Shown here piece by piece: positions 49,346 to 58,465 of a stretch of 64,000 bases of DNA; positions within the stretch are counted from its first letter, which is position 1; the number at the start of each line of letters is the position of its first letter. The DNA is from Nitrosopumilus sp. (GTDB taxonomy: Archaea; Thermoproteota; Nitrososphaeria; Nitrososphaerales; Nitrosopumilaceae), in contig OZ241981.1 in NCBI GenBank assembly GCA_965204345.1, forward strand, positions 1,664,001 to 1,728,000, written 5' to 3'. The notes below the pieces were generated by a model. The model ran no database searches. It had not been told where the DNA came from and saw nothing but the letters and a program-made list of their open reading frames with translations. Made by a program: the position numbers and the translations under genes.

Positions 49346-50541
49346 TACCTCCTTTAGATCTTGAAATTGGGATTTCCGTATACAGTACTGCCTTTACTGG
49401 AATTGGGGGAAAGATAAGAGCTGATCCTGAAGATTTTCAAGTTAGTGAGCTAATTTCTACAAAGGCAAAAAATTCCATAGGTGATCAGGATGGGTATGCA
49501 GTTTACAAATTAAAAAAGAAAAATATTGACACCAGTCATGCCCTCTCTGACATTCTCCGAAGAAAAGGCACACGCCTTAAATCCCTTGGATTAAAAGACG
49601 CATCTGCTGTAACTGAGCAGTTTGTCTGTTCTGGTAACAAGGGAAGGGCAGTTGAAAATTTTTCAACTGAGAAATACACGCTTGAGAAAATCGGCTTTGT
49701 AAAAAAACCCCTCTCAAAAAAAGACATGATTGGAAATCATTTCAAACTAAGAATCTCTGAATCCCAAAACGGCCTCTCTGACTTTAAAGAACATGATAAA
49801 ATTCTAAATTTTTATGGCTATCAAAGATTTGGCTCCAAACGACCTGTCACACACCTGATTGGCAAGGCCATCTTGCAAAGGGACTTTCAAAAAGCAGTTG
49901 ACCTGATTTTATCTTTTACCTCCGTATATGATTCAAAAGAAAATACAGAGATTCGTGAGAAACTTGCCGATGAGGCAAATTATGAGCAGCTCCTTGATAA
50001 AATTCCTGTCCAAATGGACATTGAGAGAATCATTCTCAAAAAAATGATTGAGCATGGAGAGCCGGTACGTGCAATTCGAAACATCCCTGTATCCTTGAGA
50101 CGATTTTATGTTCAGGCATACCAGTCCTTTATTTTTAATCAGTCCCTCAGTTCTGCTTTCTCTGAGGGCGAAAATCTCTTTGAGGCACAGTCAGGCGATG
50201 TCTGTTTTGATCACGCCGGAATTATTGGCAAATATGTAAAAGGATTGGATCAAAACTTGGCATTGCCTTTTGTTGGTTACTCGTACTATAAAAAAACTAG
50301 ATTTGACTTTCAGATCTCAAAGGTATTGGATCTTGAGGAAATTTCCCCTAAAGACTTTTTCATTAAAGAAATGCAAGAAGTCAGCAATGAGGGAGGCTTT
50401 AGACAAGCAGCCATTGATTGTACAAACTATTCTACTTGTGATGATGACATGATAGAGTTTTCATTATCTAGGGGCTCCTTTGCAACTGTCTTGCTAAGAG
50501 AAGTAATGAAACCAAACAATCCCATGGCTGCCGGCTTTTGA
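49342..50541 (+). CDS. truD: tRNA pseudouridine(13) synthase TruD
   Basis: PEDFQVSE, GLKDASAVTEQ, NFYGYQRFG, FSLSRGSFAT. Confidence 0.95.
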   Translation: MIPPLDLEIGISVYSTAFTGIGGKIRADPEDFQVSELISTKAKNSIGDQDGYAVYKLKKKNIDTSHALSDILRRKGTRLKSLGLKDASAVTEQFVCSGNKGRAVENFSTEKYTLEKIGFVKKPLSKKDMIGNHFKLRISESQNGLSDFKEHDKILNFYGYQRFGSKRPVTHLIGKAILQRDFQKAVDLILSFTSVYDSKENTEIREKLADEANYEQLLDKIPVQMDIERIILKKMIEHGEPVRAIRNIPVSLRRFYVQAYQSFIFNQSLSSAFSEGENLFEAQSGDVCFDHAGIIGKYVKGLDQNLALPFVGYSYYKKTRFDFQISKVLDLEEISPKDFFIKEMQEVSNEGGFRQAAIDCTNYSTCDDDMIEFSLSRGSFATVLLREVMKPNNPMAAGF

Positions 50542-50608
50542 GATCCATTTTTTAGGATTATTTTTAGATGTCTTTAAGTTGGTGTATTTTTAAGAAATTA
50601 CCAATCAT

Positions 50609-50839
50609 ATGGAAAAAGCTTACGTGCTGATCAGTTGTGAAATTGGGGAAGAACAGTCCCTGTACTCCCAACTAAAAGAGATTTCTGGGGTAAAAACATG
50701 CCTGATAACTTATGGAAGTTATGATATTGTTGCCGAGTTTGTTGCTGATAATAGTGCTCAAATCAATGAGATAATTGCCACTAGAATTAGAAAACTCCGA
50801 AAAATTAGAAGCACGATTACCCTGCGAGTTACCGACTAG
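50609..50839 (+). CDS. Lrp/AsnC ligand-binding domain protein
   Basis: AYVLI..E.G, YGSYDIVA, IRKL..IRSTITL. Confidence 0.88.
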   Translation: MEKAYVLISCEIGEEQSLYSQLKEISGVKTCLITYGSYDIVAEFVADNSAQINEIIATRIRKLRKIRSTITLRVTD

Positions 50840-51041
50840 TTCTTAATTTTAACACTATACAGCCTGCACCAGCTGATATTCCTCCCATGATGGCAACTTG
50901 TATGCCATAGACAATCCAGTCCGGATTTGAGTACATAAATGATGATTCGGGTCCCACTATTGACTGTCCTTGAAGATGAAAAATTATGCCAAAAATCATG
51001 ATGATCAATCCAATAACAACTAGCATTATCCCTATTTTCAT
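50829..51041 (-). CDS. Small two-TM membrane protein
   Basis: TM-LQGQSIVGPESSFMYSNPDW-TM. Confidence 0.75.
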   Translation of the reverse strand: MKIGIMLVVIGLIIMIFGIIFHLQGQSIVGPESSFMYSNPDWIVYGIQVAIMGGISAGAGCIVLKLRTSR

Positions 51042-51144
51042 GAATTTTGATTTGATTCCTACTAAAAAAGGGTAAACAGAATTGATAATTTGACCAAATG
51101 ATTTCTGGATTTGCTCTTTAATTATTTCCCTTTGAAATCATAAA

Positions 51145-51831
51145 GTGTCCAATTGGAATAATTATCAAGAGTCTTCTGTTCGCAGTCATATGGGGCTGTT
51201 TTTATTTGGTGCTGCAGCCTCGCTTGCAGTCGTTTTATTTTTGACCTTCCATCCCCAAATCGAATCCATCAATGAAGAATCCCCAATTCTAATCAACCTC
51301 ATGTTTCTTCCTGCCATGGCAGTCGGGTTTCTTTACGGTGTCCGAATAACCGAACGAGCAGTAAGGCCATCTGAGATTCGAAGCCCAATTAAAAGATCCA
51401 TCATCAAAATCTTTCTGTTCTTTTTTGTTATAGGCGGAATGTTCAGCTCCGTTAACTTTGCCATTAATGGCGGCAGCATAATGCCTGACATTGAAATCTT
51501 AGATGACGGACTTTTGGCATGGATAAACCACTTTATTACTGCAAATGGAGGTGCAACCTTTCTAATTATAACCAGTATTACATTGATGGCAGCAGCTACA
51601 AAAAGAATTGTCGGTATGAATTCTGGATTTCTTAACAGGGTGGTAACATTTGTTGGCACTTTTGTCTTCTTTACGATGCTTGCCCTGAGTTTTACAAAAT
51701 CTGATCCTACTTCGTCTGGCGTTTTACTGTATACCTTTTATCAGGCAGGCATTGTAGGCGGTGCATTTTATGCAATGAATAGACTTACTAAAAATCAGAA
51801 TATGCTAGAAGATTATACTAATGGGTTTTGA
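51145..51831 (+). CDS. Multi-TM hypothetical membrane protein
   Basis: About 6 hydrophobic segments; clean ORF. Confidence 0.78.
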   Translation: MSNWNNYQESSVRSHMGLFLFGAAASLAVVLFLTFHPQIESINEESPILINLMFLPAMAVGFLYGVRITERAVRPSEIRSPIKRSIIKIFLFFFVIGGMFSSVNFAINGGSIMPDIEILDDGLLAWINHFITANGGATFLIITSITLMAAATKRIVGMNSGFLNRVVTFVGTFVFFTMLALSFTKSDPTSSGVLLYTFYQAGIVGGAFYAMNRLTKNQNMLEDYTNGF

Positions 51832-51833
51832 TA

Positions 51834-52082
51834 CTATTGATCCAAATCTACGTAGATTCCTGAAATTTTGTTGTTGATTCTATCCCAGTATTTTTCACAG
51901 CCATCTGTTTTGAAATCATTCTTTTTACATTCATCAAAGTGAGCCGTATTGTCCCTTGAAATATTATCTGAAAATAATACATCATCTGCCATAAATAATG
52001 CTATGATGCCTATTGCCGCCAGACTTCCTGCAACTAAAATCATCGAATAGCCTACCTGTGCATGATTACGAGATTCCTTCAT
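51834..52082 (-). CDS. Small membrane-anchored hypothetical protein
   Basis: One TM plus a Cys pair. Confidence 0.7.
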   Translation of the reverse strand: MKESRNHAQVGYSMILVAGSLAAIGIIALFMADDVLFSDNISRDNTAHFDECKKNDFKTDGCEKYWDRINNKISGIYVDLDQ

Positions 52083-52202
52083 TTACGGAAAATCCATAAC
52101 CCTTGAATTTAATCTTTTCAAGCTGTTCATTTGCGATCAATTTTGTGATCCTGGGATATTTTTTGGGAAAAGATGAAAAGAAGGTAGTGTAAAATACATT
52201 TA

Positions 52203-52703
52203 TTGAGCATTCAAATTCTTCAGTACGAGTTCCTTGGGCCTATTCCTCTTGATGAATGGGGACCTCCTATGGAGAAGCTGGTTTATCTGATTTTTTCACG
52301 TGATAAGGACATCTTTAACATTCTATATGTTGGAGACTGTGAAAAAACTGAAGACAGGGATTTTTTTGCTCAGCACCAGCGCTACAAGTGCTGGACTGAA
52401 AATTCCGGGTCCAAACAGTCATTGCATTTGGCTATCTTGCCTTTGTTTGAATCAACTAGTGAACAAAGGCAAAATATACTCAATAAAATCATGAATCAAT
52501 ACAAGCCTGTTTGTAATTCCTCAGATATACCCAAAGCTGAGCCTAGTTACACTGTTAGAAAATCTGAAAATGTATCTGAAGAGCCTAAAAAAATTTCTTG
52601 CCCCTGTTGCGGCTCTGAAATGAAACCTGAAAAAATTCTTGAAAAATCCACGCTGTTTAGGTGTACCGGCTGCGGACTCAGTGACACCAAGCTTAACTCT
52701 TGA
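52203..52703 (+). CDS. Hypothetical protein with GIY-YIG-like N-terminus and C-terminal Zn ribbon
   Basis: LVYLI...ILYVGD..YKPVCN; CPCCG...CTGCG. Confidence 0.72.
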   Translation: MSIQILQYEFLGPIPLDEWGPPMEKLVYLIFSRDKDIFNILYVGDCEKTEDRDFFAQHQRYKCWTENSGSKQSLHLAILPLFESTSEQRQNILNKIMNQYKPVCNSSDIPKAEPSYTVRKSENVSEEPKKISCPCCGSEMKPEKILEKSTLFRCTGCGLSDTKLNS

Positions 52704-52926
52704 TTTTATTTCGCACATCAAATAACTGCAAGGTTAGCAAGTCTATGGCTTTTTTCAGATGCTGAAATTCGTTTATTGAATGCATCTGGCCTTTTACTAG
52801 TGCCCTTTGAATTTTTATTGAGTTTTTCTGATGTTTATCTGCTGCAACAATTTCCATGGCGTTGAGCTTTGATAGCAAGTTATCCAAATCTTTTATCATT
52901 TCATCAGACGGCTTGTGCCTCTCCAT
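52693..52926 (-). CDS. Small helical hypothetical protein
   Basis: Clean ORF with coiled-coil character. Confidence 0.72.
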   Translation of the reverse strand: MERHKPSDEMIKDLDNLLSKLNAMEIVAADKHQKNSIKIQRALVKGQMHSINEFQHLKKAIDLLTLQLFDVRNKIKS

Positions 52927-52958
52927 GATTATATGAAATAATTTTGCTATATGAATTG

Positions 52959-53111
52959 TTACAACAAGTCTTCATCAATTTCTTGAATTGGATCTAAATA
53001 TTGTGGACACGTACATGTGGGAATTTTGCATTTGCCTGCTTTTATGATTGAACTGCTATTTTCATTTGGCATGTGTGCCTCATCTGTATGATGGCATCTT
53101 TTGCAATTCAT
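52959..53111 (-). CDS. 50-aa Cys/His metal-binding microprotein (not in ORF track)
   Basis: MNCKRCHHTDEAH...KCKIPTCTCPQY..; TTAAAT box ~25 nt upstream. Confidence 0.7.
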   Translation of the reverse strand: MNCKRCHHTDEAHMPNENSSSIIKAGKCKIPTCTCPQYLDPIQEIDEDLL

Positions 53112-53148
53112 GTCTGAGAATATTTTTCCTTGTAATTTAAGCCAAGAA

Positions 53149-54183
53149 TCATGGAATTAAAACTGCTCTTGCCTCGATTTCAGAGTTTTTTAGTTTTCTG
53201 AGCGCCTCATTTGCACTCTCCAATGGAAATGTTTGTGAAATCACCTCGATATCCTTTTCATTACATATCTTGATGACCTGCTCCATATCTTTTGTTGAGC
53301 CTATCAACGTGCCTCTGATTGTTTTTTCTTCAAATGCCATAAATGCCGGATTTTCACCTACTGTTGCAATTACAATTAATCCTCCCTTTTTTACTGATTT
53401 TATTGCAGTATCTGTGACCATGTCTGCCGGTGCAAATACTATTGCCGCATCCAACATTCCGTGTTTTTCTTTTACCGTATCTAGCAGTTTCTGCTGATTC
53501 TCTGAAAATACCACTGTATCTGCTGCTCCAAGCCTTTTTGCAACTTTCAAATGATTCTCTGATCTTGAAAATGCCACCACATTACAGTTTTCTACTTTTG
53601 CAAACTGTATTGCCATATGGCCGATCCCGCCGATTCCAAAAATTCCTATTTTTTTATTTGGTGCCGGCTCTGATGCCCTTACTGCCTTGTATGCCGTAAT
53701 CCCTGCACAAAATAACGGTGCTGCATATTCTGGCTTCATATTTTCTGGAATTTTGGTTGCAAAGTCTTCAACTACTGTAATGTATTCAGTATATCCCCCC
53801 TTGAAGGATTCTCCTGTTATTATTGATGATTCGCAAAGGTACTCTTTTCCTTCTTTGCAATACTGACAGTTTTTGCATGCCTCTAAGAGGGGTGTAATTC
53901 CTGCCCTGTCTCCAACCTTGAATTTTGTAACTTTGTCTCCTACCTGAACTATCTTTCCAACTACCTCATGACCAGGAACCGTCGGTAATGTTGGCGGGAT
54001 TCCTATATTTTTCCAATCTCCTTCAATCCCGTGCAATTGTGAATGACATACGCCGCATGCCTCAATTTCTATTAAAACCTCATTTTCCCGTTTGATTTCA
54101 TGCTTGTTGATTTGAGTCAATTTCAATGGTTCTGTCTCGATTTTGCCACATTCTGAAAGTACCATTGCACGCATTTTTTCCAT
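53149..54183 (-). CDS. Zinc-dependent alcohol dehydrogenase (MDR)
   Basis: CGVCHSQ, PGHEVVG, CKNCQYCKEGKEYLC, APLFCAGITAY, GIGGIG. Confidence 0.93.
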   Translation of the reverse strand: MEKMRAMVLSECGKIETEPLKLTQINKHEIKRENEVLIEIEACGVCHSQLHGIEGDWKNIGIPPTLPTVPGHEVVGKIVQVGDKVTKFKVGDRAGITPLLEACKNCQYCKEGKEYLCESSIITGESFKGGYTEYITVVEDFATKIPENMKPEYAAPLFCAGITAYKAVRASEPAPNKKIGIFGIGGIGHMAIQFAKVENCNVVAFSRSENHLKVAKRLGAADTVVFSENQQKLLDTVKEKHGMLDAAIVFAPADMVTDTAIKSVKKGGLIVIATVGENPAFMAFEEKTIRGTLIGSTKDMEQVIKICNEKDIEVISQTFPLESANEALRKLKNSEIEARAVLIP

Positions 54184-54205
54184 GTTTCCTACTGTTTGTT
54201 ACTTG

Positions 54206-54233
54206 ATTTAGCCCATATTTTACTATAATCCAT
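54206..54233. repeat. 28-bp island-edge motif (second copy at 61384-61411; 12-bp match at 32925)
   Basis: ATTTAGCCCATATTTTACTATAATCCAT vs ATTTAGCTTATATTTTACTATAATCCAT, 26/28. Confidence 0.8.
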
Positions 54234-54435
54234 ATTTCACAATGGATTTTTTACATTTTTTGCATATCATGGTAATGTCACCAATAAGTTATCCAATTAA
54301 TGCTTTTTGGATGAAGATGAAATTTCTTTAATAAAAGTTAATTTGATTTATCAGATTGAAGAACAGATGACAGGCCGAGTTTGAAGATGTGTATGTAAAA
54401 CATAATATTATAAACATCAAAATTAGATTACATTT

Positions 54436-55075
54436 GTGGATGATCTTGAAAGTAAACCCACTAAAGAATTATCTGATGTAGAAACACAAAAACTGGAAAA
54501 AGAGATTACAGATATGCAAATAAAGGTACTTTCTGCTGATAATGACGAGTATTGGAAGATATACGGAGAATTAATTGCAAACCCTCAAGCTAGAAAACTA
54601 ATGCAGTTATTTGCAAGAAAAGAGATGATTCTAAATGATGCTGTAAAAATAATGGATGGTGATTATAGTAATTTGAAGCGTCATGTTACAAAAATTGCTT
54701 GCCGTGGGCCATTTACAAATTATAAAAAAACGTTCACATAAAAAAACAAAAAAAGAATATAATTTTTTCAAAGGCTCTCGGGCAATACTTTTCTTTCCTG
54801 ATGATACACAACAATATCTAAAAGAGAAAGGAATCTTAAAAAAACTATTACATACAAGTGCCAAAGTTTCACTAGTATCCATACTTGCTGCAACAGTTTG
54901 GTTTCAAACTAGAATTACTAAAAACTCTCAAGATGTCTCTTTTGATTATGGCCAAATACTAGACGTTCCATTTTATAGTGAATCCATGTTTTTCCCAATG
55001 CTAATAATAATTGTAGCCTTGGTTATTAATTCAATATATGAAAAGAAAAAAAGAGATAGGTCAATTAAGACCTAA
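54436..55075 (+). pseudogene. Membrane-anchored winged-helix (ArsR-like) regulator, +1 frameshift
   Basis: IKVLSAD..GELIANPQARKL..NLKRHVTK joins LLAVGHLQIIKK if one A is removed from the run at 54690-54694; two C-terminal TMs. Confidence 0.75.
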
Positions 55076-56210
55076 GTTGGTTTTTAGATGATGGTATGGT
55101 GTTGCAAAACTATAATCTCCACTGTTTGATGTGTGCATTCCATACAATTTCACATTAGAACCAAGTGTGGTAACCGGTGCTCCACTATCACCATCAACTG
55201 AATCATAGGTAATGGCCATTCTTTGAAATCCAGGAATCCAGCCAGCATATGTACCGTACTGAATACTTTGACTTCCAACACCTGACATTTTCAGCCATGT
55301 TCCAACCTCTGGATTATCAGTTGTAGCATATGATGTAATGGAGATGCTTTGATTTGGGGATTGGTATACCTTGTATACTGTTGCCAAATCCGAAGTTGTT
55401 ACCCTTACAAATGCACAATCACATTCACCAGATGATTCGGATGTTATGGTATCAACTGTGCCAACGACTCTGGTTGGATATTGTTTTACTGTGGCACCAA
55501 GATAATTTACACCGTGTGCTACCGTGACAAATCCTCTATCACCATCTGTCTGAACAGCAGAAAATCCCAGTGTTTGTTTCAGATCCTTGTTTGATTGCTA
55601 TGCCACCAATACCATATCTACAATCAGCCTCTCTTTGAGAGCAATTGATTTGATGTGAATTTGTTTGCATATATTCTATATCAAATGGTATGCCCTCTAT
55701 GTTGCCAAAAGTAGGTTTGATCGTATCTGTTTCTCCACTAGCACCTCCAGATCCAGATTCATTATCTACTACTACGATGTTGATTGTCTTTTTTAACTGA
55801 TCAACAAAGTATGCAGTATCTTCATCTATGTAGTGTCTTGAATTGGGATTTTGTATCTCTGCCAAGATTTGCTGGCCTTGTGATTCAAGTACTGCCAGCT
55901 GTGCATCATCAATGGCTACTGCATCAATTTCTTGTTGCTGTAACAGATCCATTTGTAACTGCATCTCATCAATTCTTATTGTAAGATGTTGAATCTGTAT
56001 AGGATCTGCATCTTGATGTATCATCTCGTCTAGTTGGGTTTGAAGTTCTCGCTGTTTTTCATCTAGTTTCAGAAATTCCTGAAATCTTCTCTCGCTATCT
56101 GTTAGATCTTCAACTACAGATTCTTGGGCATATACTAATGCAGATGTGCCCATAAGAACTACAGCAAAGAGTGCTACAGATAATGATTTTATGAAGTTGT
56201 TTTCACTCAT
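55061..56210 (-). pseudogene. Secreted S1 (chymotrypsin/alpha-lytic-like) protease, frameshifted
   Basis: Signal plus coiled-coil prodomain; after a shift near 55575: TLGFSA..GFVTVAHG, CDCAFV, GDSGAP triad. Confidence 0.82.
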
Positions 56211-56229
56211 TAATCCATACAATAATAAA

Positions 56230-56424
56230 TTAGATAATAAATAATTCTTGTAATGTACTACCAGCTAATCTGACTACATCTTTGTCGGCTGGCGTATTGC
56301 CAAGAGATGATTTTCTTAAATCATCTAATTTATCTTCAATATTTTTTGTCCTGTTTAGACAATGCTCTTCTTGCCATAACCCAAATTTATTATTACATTC
56401 TTTGCACTTACGTTACTGATTGCC
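56230..56424 (-). pseudogene. Possible transposase N-terminal Zn-finger remnant
   Basis: GNQ*RKCKECNNKF; 20-bp exact inverted match (56301-56320) to 18704-18723 inside the IS6-like mini element. Confidence 0.4.
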
Positions 56425-56578
56425 AACATTAGGAATTTCTTAAAGGGCTTGAAACTGCAGAAATAATGTTTATTGACAATAAAAAATTGACTCGTATCGT
56501 AAATTGGCTGAAAAAGAAGCATGCCGTAACTCAATAAAGCTGCTTAAATAACGAAAGCACATAGGGGTTAGTAATAAC

Positions 56579-57394
56579 ATGAAAAACATAACAAATAAAA
56601 CAAAAACAATTCTGTTTACAACCCTGATTGCCGCAATGATTCTGTCATTTAGCGGTATAAGAGTTGCAAAAGCAAAGCAGGCAAACGATGAAAAATACAC
56701 GCCTGAGAACATAAAAAACGCCATGCGAAAAGCAGATAATTATATTACCGAAAACTCGTATGTTTTAAGTTTTGATAAAAAATCCGCAAAGACAACAATG
56801 TCTGATCACGAAATCAAAATCATCAAGGATTTTGTTAAAATGCAAAATGATTACGTAGACAAGGTAAAGAAAAACCCAAACATAAAACATTCTTTTGATT
56901 CAGAAACAGAAAATAAATTCTCTGAATTAAAGAAGCAAATCAAAGAAAGTAAGAATAAGATCAAATATACAGATTACATATCTGATTGGATTCTTCCTGA
57001 GGCATTTGCATGGACTGATGTTTGTGGCGGTTCTTTTGATAACCCACATCCCGAATATATCAGAAAAGAAATCTACTCAATTAGCAGTAAAAGCGCTGCC
57101 ATATCCACAGTAGAAAATTGGGGATATGTGAGGGTTCCAGAATATGCATCAAATCCTTCTGAATGGTTTAACTCCAACTCTCTAGATTATGGAAAAGAAA
57201 TCAGTGCATACAATTGTAATTTCGGAGCATTTAGAGATCAGATTGTTTTAGATAATGATGGTAGATGGGATTTTAACAAGCAAATTAAAGAACCAAATCC
57301 TTCATTTCTAGATTATTATTCTCCTGTATGGTGGTGGATTTGGTACACAGGTGTTTGGCACGATGCCGAAATAGGCGAACCTACACAGTGGTAA
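56579..57394 (+). CDS. Secreted hypothetical protein (signal, Lys-rich helical region, Trp/Tyr/Cys-rich C-domain)
   Basis: KTKTILFTTLIAAMILSFSG signal; clean ORF; T-rich terminator downstream. Confidence 0.8.
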   Translation: MKNITNKTKTILFTTLIAAMILSFSGIRVAKAKQANDEKYTPENIKNAMRKADNYITENSYVLSFDKKSAKTTMSDHEIKIIKDFVKMQNDYVDKVKKNPNIKHSFDSETENKFSELKKQIKESKNKIKYTDYISDWILPEAFAWTDVCGGSFDNPHPEYIRKEIYSISSKSAAISTVENWGYVRVPEYASNPSEWFNSNSLDYGKEISAYNCNFGAFRDQIVLDNDGRWDFNKQIKEPNPSFLDYYSPVWWWIWYTGVWHDAEIGEPTQW

Positions 57395-57428
57395 TCAATT
57401 CAAAATTTTTTTCTTTTTTTGATGAATA

Positions 57429-57620
57429 ATGACTAACTTTCTTTGGTATTTTTTACCAATACTATTTGGATTTGTAGGTCATGCAATGATTTCAAATTCT
57501 TTTGCATATGATGACAAAGATGTTGTCAGAAAAAGCTTCAAACTGGCAATTGGGTCGTCTTGTGTTTGGGGAATTCTAACAATCAGTTATCTTGTTGCAA
57601 TTGGAACAGGAACAGACTGA
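57429..57620 (+). CDS. 63-aa two-TM membrane protein
   Basis: LWYFLPILFGFVG...AIGSSCVWGILTISYLVAIG. Confidence 0.6.
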   Translation: MTNFLWYFLPILFGFVGHAMISNSFAYDDKDVVRKSFKLAIGSSCVWGILTISYLVAIGTGTD

Positions 57621-58196
57621 TGAGTGTTTTGCCTCAGGCAGATTTTGATTAGCTGATCACCGTAGCCTGACGGCAAAGTAGAAGACCAGCTGGGTATTTG
57701 TGGTTTGGAATAAGACTATTATCCCAAATTACCATCCAAGTAGCAAAGTCCAATACATGGCAACAAAAATTTAGCAACAAGAAGACAGTATGAAAACTAT
57801 GAGAGTCAGAATCTGCGTGGAACAGAAAAGTGTCTGTTCTGAATGTGACCATTCACTTACAAACCACAGTCACCGCAGACAGAAACTCACAAATTGTTAA
57901 CGGAAAATGCAAGCCATGCCAATGTGATGGAACACTATCCATTGAGCAGTAATTATTTTCTTGCAGAAATGCCATTGCTTAATGAAGCATTTTTAAGATT
58001 GGGTACGGGTTTGAATGTGTCGATTTTTAAGAGCCTTGGGCTTGTATTGGCTATTTTATCTGGCAATTATCCAAAGGCAGCCAAGCTTATCATCTCTTTA
58101 TGACAAGTTCTATGGCTAGGGCATGGCCTGTCCTCAGTAATACGCCGACCTTGCCTTTACACTAAGATTTATTTGCAAAATTGGAAAACATCCCAT

Positions 58197-58430
58197 ATGA
58201 CTAAAATTTCTGATGAAGATCGTGAAAGAGTAAAACTATTAGAACTTGTTACTAGTTCTAGAAATGAATTCAAAAACCTCTCTTTAGAACAATTGGCACG
58301 GTTGGAATTACTAATTCAAAAAAAGGATTACAGTCATGATAAAAAAGCAAACAAATCCAAGGAAAAATTACTCAAAAAAATCAATGTCAGGATTTATGAA
58401 TTAACCGAAGGACGAGGCATCTGGGGTTGA
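58197..58430 (+). CDS. Conserved small basic hypothetical protein
   Basis: Clean ORF MTKISDEDRER...YELTEGRGIWG. Confidence 0.75.
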   Translation: MTKISDEDRERVKLLELVTSSRNEFKNLSLEQLARLELLIQKKDYSHDKKANKSKEKLLKKINVRIYELTEGRGIWG

Positions 58431-58465
58431 TTAGATACTAATACCCAAATGATCTGATTTAGATA

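Noticed and set aside
57649-58150. Short ORFs at the right end of island 4 and a TATGGCTAG partial inverse of the edge motif
   Set aside because: No motifs; the match is too short to call a paired end.
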